Shown: positions 11,357 through 24,060, counted from the first letter of the stretch. The stretch: DNA of 64,000 bases from Adineta vaga (GCA_021613535.1 CP075493.1:4154001-4218000), one strand, 5' to 3'. The notes: a model not told the origin generated them from the sequence alone. A program made the numbers and translations.

Positions 11357-13752
11357 TCATCGATGACATTCTTTCGTCTTTAAATCTTCATAGGTTGGTA
11401 AATTCGAAAGAGTTTGACTTTGAAAATATCCTGATCTACCATAGATAACATTCCGAGATGCACTTTCATAGAAATTTTGCCATTGTTTTGCTGAATCAGT
11501 TGTCCATTTTTTAGCCAATATCCATTCTTTCAGTTGTTTATCATCAATAGATCTAGATAATAAATCAATCGTGTCAAATATCTTTATCTAGTAGTCAATA
11601 CTAACGAGGAAATATTCATTACATTTTGCCAAGCTGATGGATGATTCACAGTTACACAGGCATATAAATCACTCATACGAGGATAATATGTAAACATATG
11701 CACACACATTTCATCTCGAGTTCTTTTACCACCCTTTTCATAAACGAATGTTCAATACATAAAAAACAAAGGACATATCGTTTTGAATCTTACTTACTAA
11801 TGTAACTTCATTTTTATTCATTGTATTATAAATACATCGAGTAGCAAATGAATCACCCTGAAAAAGAAAATTAATTGATTGAATATGTTCGTAGACATGT
11901 CCGAATCTTTACAGGATAAAGTTTGATAGTTTTCGGTAAACGATTTTGAAATTGATAATTAAAATCATACATTTCTCCATTGAATAAATAATCCACAGCA
12001 GTATTATTTCGAATAATTTTTGTCCAAACACTTGTTCCTATCAAGCGATCAATCCATCAATCAATTCGAATTATCTATTTTCTATTCTACCTTGAAGATG
12101 TGTATGTGGTAAAGCAAAAATAACATTAATACCCGATTCCGGAAAATTCTAATTCATACTCATAGATTGATCGTTATTAAAATTTCAAATTACATACGCG
12201 GGTTGCTTCTGATGGACAAAATGAATCGGTAATAAATTGTTCAGTTTTCGGTGGTATAATAAGACCAGATGGAGTTGACCCAATTCCAAATGTTAAAAAG
12301 CCGAGATCATATTTTCGAAGTTCATTACCAAGATAAAATCGTATTCCTGAATTATCACGCCGATCTACATGCAACAATAATCAAAGTTAACAATTGGATT
12401 TTTTCATTTACTAATGTTCTACTTGAATTTAGTCGAGGATTATCATAATGCATTTGAATCATATAGTATTTCGTTTCATAATTTCCTCCAATAGCATAAC
12501 CAGCTTCCTCAGGAAATTCTCTTGTCTAAATTAATTGATCAATTACAATATTGGCATTGATTGTCTACTTACAACATCACCACCAATAGCCCATACAGTA
12601 GCAAAATTTGATGAACATAATTGTATTTGATTTTCTATTTCATCACAGAGATCATCAGGTAAATTTTCGTCGTCGAATGTCGCTGTTGGATCGCATTCAT
12701 ACAAATTCAAATGATGAACAAGATCGGTATTTGCTGGATCAATTAAAATTTTTTGCTAGGAAAACGGAAATCATTGATCTTCAATCATTCATAAATGACA
12801 ACAAACTAGAACATACAGCAATGGCATGACGTTTTTCAAAATATTGACTTGGTGCTTTATAGATTTTACAATGATAAGTAGTATCAGTCGATGGTACAAG
12901 ATACTAAATAATAGAATATACTATTAAGAAAAGAAATTATAAAATATACGAACATTATTCAAATGAAATTCGAATGTATCAAGTCCAACAAATTTCGAAT
13001 CGGAAGGTGGATTATCATATGAACGAAGTGGTATCATTCGAGTATTTCGTCGAGTATCATGATAAGAAATATCCGAATCTGGTCGATTCGAATCAAGATC
13101 AACAAGACCATACGCAAAGATAAGAATATTAGTTCCAGACTTTCATAGAATAATAAAATGTACTTGAATGTTTTCTTTTTCAAAGAATTTATCGACTTAT
13201 TGTTACCTTTATTGGAACATCCATTGAATCACAAGTATCAAGTAAACGTTTAAAACGAATAGCTGTCCAACCATTTTTTTCTTGACCTTGAAGAACAAAC
13301 CAATCTTCCGTTGTATTATCGCGTATTGGTCTTGAATTGCCTATTGCATAACGATCCTATTCAAAGTCAACGAATTCAACATTCATCAATATATTCTTTT
13401 CATCGATTTACTTGAAGATAAACTTTACCAGAGGATTCAACCCATCCAACTGCAATATCAGCACCTTTCATACCACCAGCTAAAAACAACCAGATACATT
13501 AGAATTTACATGAGAGAAAATCTTACCTGGACTGATTCCTAAAGCAATCCAACCTGTACTTTTGATATGTAATTCAAAAGTAATTTCACGTTCGGCATCG
13601 TCAATTGTCCACCAAAGATCAGCAATATTTTCTTGTAATTCAGCAGAATATTTGTACGTTACGAACGGTTGAATAGGACTTGATAATCCCAAACAGTTCT
13701 CAAAAACAATCAAACAAAGATACAATAATGAAATAAAATATTTTAACATCAT
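11357..13752 (-). CDS. DBH-like copper type II monooxygenase (DOMON + Cu2_monooxygenase N/C), MOXD1-like, ~12-13 exons
   Basis: Signal peptide; DOMON 'TGWIALGISPAGGMKGADIAVGW'; Cu ligands 'VHHLNLYEC', 'QMHYDNP', 'PHTHLQG', 'DEMC...YYP'. The exons traced splice in frame; stop TGA at 11357. Confidence 0.9.
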
Positions 13753-14287
13753 GACATTTTCACAGACATTCATTAAACTAAGCAACTGATCTATAAATAT
13801 ATTATCATCTTTCATTAAAATGTTAATACTTCATGCTCATATTTGCCTAAGAATCATCCATGTTTTGATGATATTTTCAATTCAAATTCATGATAACTAT
13901 TTGTTTTGGATTAATCTTTGATAGAACTCTATATCGAGTACATTTTCATATATTATTTTCTTTATTTGAATGATTATTCATACTTTATTGATATTGAATT
14001 GAAAGATTTTTGAACAAAAACATAGCCGTTAAAGACTAAATTCTTCTTTCAAGACATCGTTAATTAGTATCAATGAATTCATAAACGAGATATTCAAAAG
14101 AGATAATATCATGTGACTCTTGATAAGGATCAAACGTCTTGAAATAGAACTAGTTTTGAAAGATATCACGATTGCATGCGATGTAATAAGATCAGAAGTA
14201 TAAATATAATATCGATCGAAAAAGAAAGCTCATATCACTTTTTTTTTCAGAAATCTATTTCTTGTGATCTAAGCCATACACGATACA

Positions 14288-15349
14288 ATGTCAATTGAAG
14301 ATGATTTCGATTTTGCATCTCGACAACTTCACATCTATTTTGGTTTATTCATTTTAATTCTTGGTGTCATTGGAGGTTTACTCAATTTAATCGTTTTTAT
14401 AATACTTAAAACATTTCGTGAAACAGCATGTGCATTCTATTTAACTGCTGTTTCAGTTGTTAATGTTTGTCAATTATTAATAGCATTGCTTATTCGAATT
14501 CTTAGTGAAGGATTCGATACTGATATAAGAAAACGATCGTCGATTTGTAAAGGTCAAATATTTATGGTTGTTTGGTGTTTATTAATGTCAATAATAGGAA
14601 TATGTTTAGCAACAATCGATCAATATCTATCTATGACAAAATATCGACATTTGAGTAATTTACGATCAGCACGACGAAATTTTCTTTTTACTTGTTTTCT
14701 ATGCGGAATTTATAGTATTTGTTATTCTCGTTTTTGGGATGTATCTTCGGGAAATTGTTCAATTATTAATTCAAATTTTGTCAAATATTCAACATATTTT
14801 CATTTTCCCGTACTTTTAGGACTTTTACCGATTAGTATAATGGTTACATTTTCTTTATTAGCTTATTATAACGCACGATCTTTTATTCATCAACAAGTAA
14901 ATATTATTTATTCAAGCCGTGATCGACAATTAACAGCAATGACACTTGTTCATGTTGTGTTTTTTATTATAACAACATCACCTCATGTTATTTTCTTTAT
15001 TTATTCATTGAATCGTACTACTAACGATCCAAAACAGATAGCTTATAAAAATCTTCTTAATACAATTATAGTTTTGATTAATTACTCAAGTAATTCTGTG
15101 AGTATTTGGTTTTTTGTTGTTAGTGAGGAAATTGATGTTTTCTTTGTTGTTGAATTTTAGGGCCCATTTTATATCTATTGTTGCGTTTCGGAACGTTTTC
15201 GAAAACAATTTGTGTATGTGTTAACCAAGTTTTGTATCAATCCATGTCGACAACAGATTCAAGCTCAAGTTGTACCAACTGTAGAAGGTCTAGTTGATAG
15301 ACATCCGACACGAACGAGAACATTTAATGAAATGGTTTCATTTCGTTAA
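14288..15349 (+). CDS. Orphan rhodopsin-type GPCR (2 exons)
   Basis: 7 hydrophobic segments, 'G..N' in TM1, 'LATIDQY' DRY-like motif. Intron ~15098-15160; exon 2 'GPFYIYCCVSERFRKQ' ends at TAA 15349. Confidence 0.85.
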
Positions 15350-16189
15350 AGGACACAGCTGCAGTTGTTTGAATAACAGCGAAACTAGTAATTGTGAAGA
15401 AGAAAACCGGTTTTTCTTGATGTTCATGTTTGGACGTTTTGTTTAAATATTGTGTGTAACTTTCAAAATATGCACTTATTATTGATGTGTTTTTTATGAT
15501 AATCTTTATATCAACACTTTTATGTAATGCTAGCGAGTCTCATCTATTTTTGTTTATAAATAGACACACCTTTTGCTTCAACTGTATCACATGGCAGCAT
15601 TTTCTATCACGAACAAAATAAGTCATGAAATACAGATAGTCCACTCGTGACTTGTCATTACAGATCAATTAACCATAATTACTTTGTGTGACTATGTAAC
15701 TCGATAAAAACGATAAAGAATATTCACATACGTCGAAACTAATGGAATCGAATCAGATAGATAAGCAGTGCACATATACCATGTGACTAAAACGCAAATG
15801 GTGTCATACGTATGAAAGAAAAGAACAGATATCTCTTCGTAATGATCATACGAATGAACAGTTCTAGTACTGAATAATGAAATGCATATAGTTATGATAT
15901 TCAGAATACCATACAAATCGTATAAGAATCATTTGATTCAATCTCGATACTTTTTTTCTCAAGAAAATAACCCCTCATTTTATCAGTAAATCGAAATCTT
16001 CACTAAAAGATACAGAGATGTTGTTAAAAGAAAGTTTTCAAACTTATAACAAAAGATATTCACTTTCTTTCGAGCCTAATACTGAGAATCTATCGAAATA
16101 TTTTTTTCCAATCTTTGTATTCAAAATTTACAGATGTTCAAAAATGGACATGTATAAATCTTTTCGAGTTAGTCGATCAATTGCAAACA

Positions 16190-16269
16190 GGCAGCGTGGC
16201 CGAGCGGTCTAAGGCGCCGGTTTAAGGCACCGGTCCGAAAGGGCGTGAGTTCGAATCTCACCGCTGTCA
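16190..16269 (+). tRNA. tRNA-Leu(AAG) copy 1
   Basis: 80-nt cloverleaf GGCAGCGTGGCCGAGCGGTCTAAGG...; anticodon arm CCGGT-TTAAGGC-ACCGG; variable arm; GTTCGAAT T-loop; oligo-T terminator follows. Confidence 0.97.
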
Positions 16270-16356
16270 CTACTTTTTTACTACTGAATTACTTTCACCA
16301 TCAGATAATATTGGATTATTCAAATCCTTCGTGACTTCATTTATGAAATGTAACCA

Positions 16357-16436
16357 GGCAGCGTGGCCGAGCGGTCTAAGGCGCCGGTTTAAGGCACCGG
16401 TCCGAAAGGGCGTGAGTTCGAATCTCACCGCTGTCA
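16357..16436 (+). tRNA. tRNA-Leu(AAG) copy 2
   Basis: Identical 80-nt sequence, followed by a T8 terminator. Confidence 0.97.
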
Positions 16437-16528
16437 CTATGTTTTTTTTGTTATTACAGATTATTATATTACAACTATATCTGATAGATAATCATATCGA
16501 ATATTTTTTGTATATCGGATTAAGAACA

Positions 16529-16608
16529 GGCAGCGTGGCCGAGCGGTCTAAGGCGCCGGTTTAAGGCACCGGTCCGAAAGGGCGTGAGTTCGAATCTCAC
16601 CGCTGTCA
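16529..16608 (+). tRNA. tRNA-Leu(AAG) copy 3
   Basis: Identical 80-nt sequence. Confidence 0.97.
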
Positions 16609-16700
16609 CTATGTTTTTTTTGTTATTACAGATTATTATATTACAACTATATCTGATAGATAATCATATCGAATATTTTTTGTATATCGGATTAAGAACA

Positions 16701-16780
16701 GGCAGCGTGGCCGAGCGGTCTAAGGCGCCGGTTTAAGGCACCGGTCCGAAAGGGCGTGAGTTCGAATCTCACCGCTGTCA
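16701..16780 (+). tRNA. tRNA-Leu(AAG) copy 4
   Basis: Identical 80-nt sequence, followed by a T-run. Confidence 0.97.
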
Positions 16781-17019
16781 CTACTTTTTTTCCATCAGAA
16801 TATACAAATTATAACAGATAATTTCATATTTTTGCACACAGATGAATCATGATAGAAAATCGTAACAATTAAAATAAGAAAATAGCCTTCATTCATGATT
16901 CACCGTCTTCTTTTCTCATTCACATTCATATCTTCTCAATGATGAATCATTCGACAAAAAAACTACGAGGACGACGACGAAAACGTTTTGATGGATAAGT
17001 AAAACACATAACAACAAAA

Positions 17020-17982
17020 ATGAGTGATTTTATACGCTTCGAATCTTTTCCAAATGAAATCTTTTTCGAAATCTTTGATTATTTTTCACTTCATCAACTT
17101 TATTATTCCTTCCATGGACTTAATCAACGTATGAATTATCTTCTACAATCTATCAATCATTGTGCAGTTCGATTATGGCCTACTGATAATAAAAATGAAC
17201 TTGAATTAGTTGAATTTTTTTCTCCAACGATTGATACATTGATTATTAACGACGATTTTAATATTAATCTAAATCAATATCCAAAATTAAATTCATTAAC
17301 ATATATTTACGCAACTGATGATCAATTACAACATTTTCTTCAAAGTGAATCTTGTCATCAACATTTGACATATCTCAATATAACATCCGATGATTTAACT
17401 TCATTTATGAGATATCTTTTTTCCAATAAATTTCCATGCCTTCAAACTTGTATTTTACGTAACATTGATTCTATATTGAAATGTCCTTGGCGAATGGAAC
17501 CATCTCTTTCTTCAATAACAATATGTGATGAAAAGAATCTCGTACCATACATACTTCAATCATGTCCAAATTTAAAACGTCTTTCATTAGCTATTTCTCG
17601 TTATTCAACAATTGCTCCAACTTTATTCATTTCTCATCAATCTCTTCGTCATCTATCTATCGAAATGATTCAACCAGCATGGACTATTGAAGCTATTAAA
17701 ACATTGATTTCATCAGTTGAATTACCTTATCTCATTTCATTTGGTATGCATTCTTATGAATCATCATCAGATTATTTCGATTTCGCTCAATTAACGACTA
17801 TTTTTCATGAACAATTACCAAATTTACGTCGATTTCACTGTAATATATGTGTCACAGAAGAAGTACAAATTATCGATATAAAAACAATACGAAATTTGCA
17901 TTCATCGTTGTTCAATTCTTTAAAAACAAAACATGAATTTTTTGGTATTCAAACAATCTATACGAGTTCTAATGGCGATTAA
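17020..17982 (+). CDS. F-box + LRR-like protein
   Basis: 'RFESFPNEIFFEIFDYFSLHQLYYSFHGLNQRMN' F-box followed by LxxL repeats; single exon, 320 aa. Confidence 0.8.
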   Translation: MSDFIRFESFPNEIFFEIFDYFSLHQLYYSFHGLNQRMNYLLQSINHCAVRLWPTDNKNELELVEFFSPTIDTLIINDDFNINLNQYPKLNSLTYIYATDDQLQHFLQSESCHQHLTYLNITSDDLTSFMRYLFSNKFPCLQTCILRNIDSILKCPWRMEPSLSSITICDEKNLVPYILQSCPNLKRLSLAISRYSTIAPTLFISHQSLRHLSIEMIQPAWTIEAIKTLISSVELPYLISFGMHSYESSSDYFDFAQLTTIFHEQLPNLRRFHCNICVTEEVQIIDIKTIRNLHSSLFNSLKTKHEFFGIQTIYTSSNGD

Positions 17983-18210
17983 TTTTTTAACTAAAAGAGA
18001 TTTCTTTTACGATGAGTTGTTCGTTTTTCTTAAGAAAAAGCAAAATTGATAAGAAAATAAAGATATGACATTGATGACAAAGTCATTGACTCATCGCCAT
18101 CATCATCATCTTCGTGTATACTCACTTACACGTTCTCTGTTTTTTCTGCAACGAAAGTGTGACAGAATAAAGAATGTAACATAATATTTATTTTGAATTT
18201 TAGCATAACT

Positions 18211-20244
18211 ATGTCTGTTATTGTTTCTGATGAAGATCATCTTTTAATGGATGGTGTAACAGTTCATAAGCATTTTCATACGTTTAAGAATGAAGTAAAA
18301 GAATTGTTTACCTTTCATCCGAAACAATGGATGAATGCATTTCGTTCAAATCCAAAGTATCCATTGTTTGTTCGTGGTGATATCGATGGTTTTGTAGCAT
18401 TTTTTATCAATAGTTTATCAACTTTATTAGCAGTTATATTAAGTTTACAACCTATTCTTGGTGATGACATTGTCTATGGAAAAATCGTACCAGGGTAAAT
18501 AGGAAATGCTACTTAATCAATGAAATATTCGATTTTTCTCATAGGACAGGTATAGCAATGTTATGGGGTAATTTTTATTATGTTTATATGGCTCGAAAAC
18601 TTGCATATAAAGAAAAACGTGCCGATGTCTGTGCCATGCCTTATGGAGTATGTACACCAGGTGCATTTGCTTTTATTTATGTGATTATTTCACCGACGTA
18701 TTATGGATGTATAATGACACATGAAAAACGTTATTGTCAAGAATTAGCTTGGTATGTAGCGTTAGCAAGTAATTTTATAACTGGTTTAGTTCTTATTCTG
18801 TTGTGTATCTTTGGAGAATTTATACGAAAGAATACACCTAGCGTAGCATTATTAACATCAATATCTGGTCTTGGATTTGTTATATTAGCATTGAATGAAT
18901 ATTTACCAATTGCAGAAACACCAATTGTTGCTTTTCTACCATTTTTTATTGTCATGCTGGGATATTTTGGTGGAGGTAAGTAAAAGAATTGAATATAATA
19001 TAGAAAATATACTTTGAATCGTTTTTTTTGCTAGCTGGTTACGGTCCAGTTCCAATTACATTTGTTGCTTTACTAACAGGTACTATACTTGGTTGGATAA
19101 CTTCAGTTAATCAAGTTTCTAATATTCGTGATGCTGTTCATCATCAAAGGTTATGCACCTGTTTTTCCTATTAAAGAAATGTTCGAACAGATCGATAGTA
19201 TACGTTTATATCTATCGACGACAGTTCCAACAGCAATTGCGATTGCTATCGGAACTATTCAATGTGTAGAAACAGCAAAACGAGCTGGAGATTTCTATCC
19301 TACACGTGAATCAATGTTTGTTGACGGAATTGGAACATTGATTGCAACATTTTGTGGTTCAATTCTTAGTATGACAGGTAGATAAAAAACTATTGATCTT
19401 TTCTTTTCTGCATTAAAATAGATTAACTCTGTTGATATACTATAGCTTATATTGGTCAACCAGCAATGAAAAAGATGGGTGCTAGACAAGCTTATTCTAT
19501 AATTCATGGTCTTACTTATGTACCTTTATGTTTTTTCGGTTTTAGTGGTGTATTAATGTCTATTATTGCAGTCGTTGCAATCAATCCAATAGTTGTAAGT
19601 ATCTTTCGAAAACAAGATCAAATCATAGATGAGAATTATTCAATTCTAAGATCTTTATTGGTTTGATCATATGCTCTGATACCTTAGCAATTACACCTCA
19701 ACGTCACTATCCTGCTTTTCTACTTGGTACAATGTCTGTTGTAGCTGATTGGGCACAAGGTACGATTGTGAATGGTGTATCAAATGCTTATGCAAATTTT
19801 ACTATTGCAAATGTTCATTTCTCACCGAATGTAACTTCTGCTATATCTGGTTTTTCATATCGTGGTTTAATCAATTTTGCTGGTGGTTCATTATTACAAA
19901 GCGTGTTTCTTACAGCTATTATGATGTATATGATCGATCGAAAATTTCTTCGAGCTGCAGTATGGTCAACACTTGCGGCTTTCTTTTCTTTATTTGGTTT
20001 AATCAATGCAAATAGTGTGGGTGTTTTAGTAAAAAAGACAGATGATGGATGGCGATTTGCAGTTGCATATTTGATGTTAGTTATTTTCTTTATTTTATTA
20101 GAAATAGTTCAAAGAAAACGTTGGATCCGTGAACAAGAAACTGAACCAGATGATTTATCAAGTATAGAATGGGCAGAATGGAAAAGACAACAAGCATTAG
20201 AAGAATCAAATATCAATGGAACGTCAAATGATATTGTTGTTTGA
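18211..20244 (+). CDS. Bacterial-type NCS2/AzgA-like (xanthine/uracil/vitamin C) permease, 5 exons
   Basis: Motifs 'FVRGDIDGF', 'DVCAMPYGVCTPG', 'CVETAKRAGDFY', 'AYIGQPAMKKMGARQAYS', 'TP.RHYPA' and many TMs. Introns at ~18495-18544, 18977-19034, 19378-19445 and 19595-19650 splice in frame. Confidence 0.8.
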
Positions 20245-20459
20245 TATATTTAGAAAGAAATATAGAATAATAAAATATCTTAATGAAATAAAATCTGATC
20301 TCAATAAAGATTTTCACACGACGAATGTGTTGAGGGTGTAAGAAAAACAACAATAGAAAGAAAAAAACATATATATATATAGAAAAGAAGCGAAGAACGG
20401 CAACACTGCATGTTATATATATTTTTTTCTCGTTCTGCAAAAGCACAGAAAAAAAGTAG

Positions 20460-20539
20460 TGACAGCGGTGAGATTCGAACTCACGCCCTTTCGGACCGGT
20501 GCCTTAAACCGGCGCCTTAGACCGCTCGGCCACGCTGCC
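20460..20539 (-). tRNA. tRNA-Leu(AAG) copy 5 (inverted)
   Basis: Exact reverse complement of the 80-nt Leu(AAG) gene; its T-run terminator lies just left of 20457. Confidence 0.97.
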
Positions 20540-20718
20540 TGTTTTCATTACATTACTAAAACTGTTTTCAACCATCCTGTCACTACTAAAATATCGTCTA
20601 GAAATATATATTTCATCAGTTTATCAAGGATTTACACGTTCATATAACGAAGATTTCTCGTTATTATAGACAATTTTATTCTGACAACTGACATCTCGAT
20701 CATAAAAGAAAAAATAAA

Positions 20719-21647
20719 TTACACATGAGTATTCGCATTATTACATCTTTTAAATAACTGATAGATTTTAGGATTAACAAATGGTGTACTAATAGCCAAT
20801 ATAACTGCATTAATACTTGATGAAACCCAACCAATTGAATTCATATTTGGATCTATATAACCTTTTGGTAAGAAAATAATTAGATCAATAATTAATGGTA
20901 ATGAAACCATACTTAAAATAGCAATAATTATTATAATACGATGAATAACAATTAAATCACGTCGATTTCGTGACCGATGTACATTTATTATTGTTGCTGT
21001 ATGACGTATTTTCCAAATAATGCATAGATAACATACAGAAATAATCAATAATGGAAATAGAAAAGCAACTATCGGTATATAAATGAATGTAGCAAGTTCA
21101 TTAAATGGTGCCGTACAATATGGTTCATTGGCAAGTAAATAAATTGCATCAAAGCCAATCCAAATTGGAAGAGTACTAAGAAATCCTAGGAGAAATTGAA
21201 TTGGAATCAAGATATAAAGATATGTTGTTATTTGATAGAATCGAATATGTTCAGGATATATTACTCGTGTAAATCGAAAGATTGCTTTCAATGCATAACT
21301 CCAATAGAGTGTATTATGCACTGATAAAAGTAGATAAGAACTAAATCGACAAGAAAATGAATCAAAAAATTCACTGATCGAAAAATAATTTCGTTTAATT
21401 GTATTCAGATCAATATTAAGAAATTGTAATATACTTCGTGCACAATAAGAATAACTAAAGTATCAATAGAAAGAAGAATACTTGTTTCACATAGGAATTT
21501 TTTTCGTTGAAGTCTATTGAAATGAAGAAACTTGTAAATCATAAAACATACAAGTACCAACGATATTAATAACGTTAAAAGATTTGCAATTGTTGAACAA
21601 AGATCTTAAATCTGTCCGAATACTGGTGAAGGCTCGATAATTGCCAT
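20719..21647 (-). pseudogene. Disrupted orphan GPCR-like gene
   Basis: ATG 21647 is followed by in-frame TAA at codon 14 (21608-21606), then TM1/TM2-like sequence. A frameshift at ~21438-21443 joins to the frame of ORF 20719-21321 (TM3-7, '..PFVNPKI'). Confidence 0.75.
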
Positions 21648-22035
21648 GTTACTCTTCCCGAAAGAAATATAATGTGAGAAAGAAGAAACAAAACGAGATT
21701 TTAATCAATTATAAATCATAACTAAATTTGACGTCTCAAATTTTGTTTTCAAAGAGATACAATTAATCCATTCATGAAATAAGATGATATGAAAATCTAG
21801 ACATGCAGTGCACTCCAAACAGTACCTGTGAAGGACATGACAGAATCGTTGAATAAATATAAAAACTTAATATTCAACGTGACATACTTCAAAATGATCG
21901 GAAATACTTTCTTATGAGCACATAATAAGAATATTTTTTCATTGACGAAAATGTTTTTTTTATCTTTGCATAAACAAAAAAGAAAATAAATAAGTACAAA
22001 ACATTTATATCTACACATTGTATTTTGTTTTTCTT

Positions 22036-23254
22036 TCAATTCATGGCTTCATCTTGTACTGTTAATTTTTTTTGCACTTCTTGAACAACTGTTTGTATTA
22101 ATTCGTCATGTTGTTGAACTTCTTCTGCTTGTAAAATATATACTGATTGATCCATAAACGTTTTTAGTAGAGCGGCAAAACGTATCGATGCTTCATTATA
22201 ACCAAAACGAAGAATCATATATTTAAATAGGATTTCAATATAAATATTTTGAATATAATATAAACGAGAAGTATTGAGAAAAATTGAATTCATATTTATC
22301 GAGGAAGATTGACCTAAAAAAGTAAACAACATATAAATTGTTCTAGTTCTGTTTTAAACTTACTAATTCCGGATGTATTGTTTGGTAGGTTAACATAACA
22401 TGTTGTTGAAAATAATATAACAGGTAGAAATAATTTGATAAGTGTCAGATCATTGTCTAAACGATGAGCAACACGTATGCAATCTTCAGAAAAATTTGAT
22501 CCGTAAATCGATGGAAAACCATGTGTAAATGCTGTACTCATGAGTACATTAGCATTTCGAAAGATTGGAATTGCATTAAATCCACCGATATAGGAAAGAT
22601 TTCTTCTAATTAATTCATGTTGATCATAAACTTGCATTGTTTGATATTCAGGTATAGTTTCAATAAAAGGTAAAATCGATTGATAAAGAGACGTCAATAT
22701 ACTGAAAAAGATTGTTTTATCTTTTTTTAAACGTATTTTAATTGGTTGTTGTGATTGTGTTGATAATAAATGACGAATAGTTAAAACAGGAGATTTATTT
22801 TCATAAATATTAATAACATTGGATAATCGACACCATTGATCATCAGTTAAAACAGAATGATTATTAGAACGATGTTCAATGGATTTGGTTAATGGAATAG
22901 ATTTCATTTGATTCTTATGTGGACGACAATGTGAAGCACGTATTAATTCTCTTTGCATACCAATATCTAAACATTTTTGTAAACGACAATAACGACAAGC
23001 TCGACGACTATTAATAGTTATATCACATATTTCATTAAATACACATTGATGGCTTGTCTAAATAAAAATAAAAACGTTGCAATAGATAATAATAATACTA
23101 AAGAGAAAAGCAAATTTTCACGAACTAAATCAAATCGTATATTTCGACGAAAGAACATTTTACATGATGTACAACACATTGCACCATAGTGAATTTGTGC
23201 ACCAACTATTCCACAAACTTTACATGATGCCGAATATTGATTTAGCTCTTCCAT
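22036..23254 (-). CDS. Nuclear hormone receptor (C4 zinc-finger DBD + LBD), 3 exons
   Basis: 'CKVCG...HYGAMCCTSCKMFFRR' spliced to 'CVFNEICDITINSRRACRYCRLQKCLDIGM'; LBD-like 'FIETIPEYQTM...DQ..LI..N'. Confidence 0.9.
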
Positions 23255-24060
23255 TCCTTCTTATATATTCATTGTAGAGATTTGTATCGTGTTGTTATAA
23301 TCTGAAATAGACATTAAGAAGAGAAATGTTGTTTCTGAATTGAATGAGTGGATTTACATTCCAACGAGATAATCAAACGATAAAAATTAGAATTTGATTT
23401 GTGATTTAGTATTACTAAGTTGAAAGAACAATTACTAGACCAAAAACTCCTATTTTTCTTACAAAATCTACATATTTACGCTGAAAAAAATCATTAACTT
23501 TTCTTTTTTTTGTATATAAAAACTTAAATATGTAAACATGAAAATACGACCAATATAATCAACCTCAAATTTCCATTCTAGACTATTTCATTATTATACA
23601 ATATATATTATATATAGTTCTGACAAATAAAAAGAAAAAAAAAAGCTTCCATAAGTTGAGTAGTCGACTCTATCCAATCATTCTAAACGACCTATCCATT
23701 CTCGTAAGAAACTCTAATTAGATGGCGCTCGTTATTGATAACTATGAAATAATCATTTGAATAAGAACTTATTTTTAGAAATTAAAATAGTTTGATTAGA
23801 AGATTTTTTCTTCAAATCAATTACTTATATTATTCCAACATATTTTTTTCTCATACTCCCAAATGATTTCGATTCGATCTGGATAATGTGAAATGGTATA
23901 CATCAAATTTTAATCAAATAATTATTTATTCTCTTTTATAAAAATATACTCTAGAAAATGAGTCGAAGATTCGTCGAGCGTAATGAGTACCTGAACAGAA
24001 TAAGATTCATATCATATTCAGTTCTGATTCCGGTATAGAGAAATCAATTTCTCTTTCCTA

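Larger units (their letters stand above)
16357..16783 (+). repeat. Exact 172-bp tandem duplication (tRNA + 92-bp spacer), ~2.5 units
   Basis: Spacers 16437-16528 and 16609-16700 read identically; period 172 bp. Confidence 0.95.

Noticed and set aside
16018-16564. ORFs 16018-16212 and 16331-16564 (also 20459-20647)
   Set aside because: They are translations running through tRNA genes.
16190-16780. Repeat-spacer pattern resembling a CRISPR array
   Set aside because: The repeats are 80-nt complete tRNA-Leu genes, two spacers are identical, there are no cas genes, and the context is eukaryotic.
20460-20539. tRNA-derived SINE or transposon terminal inverted repeat
   Set aside because: It is a full, unmutated tRNA with a Pol III terminator; no SINE body or tail, target-site duplication or transposase is visible.
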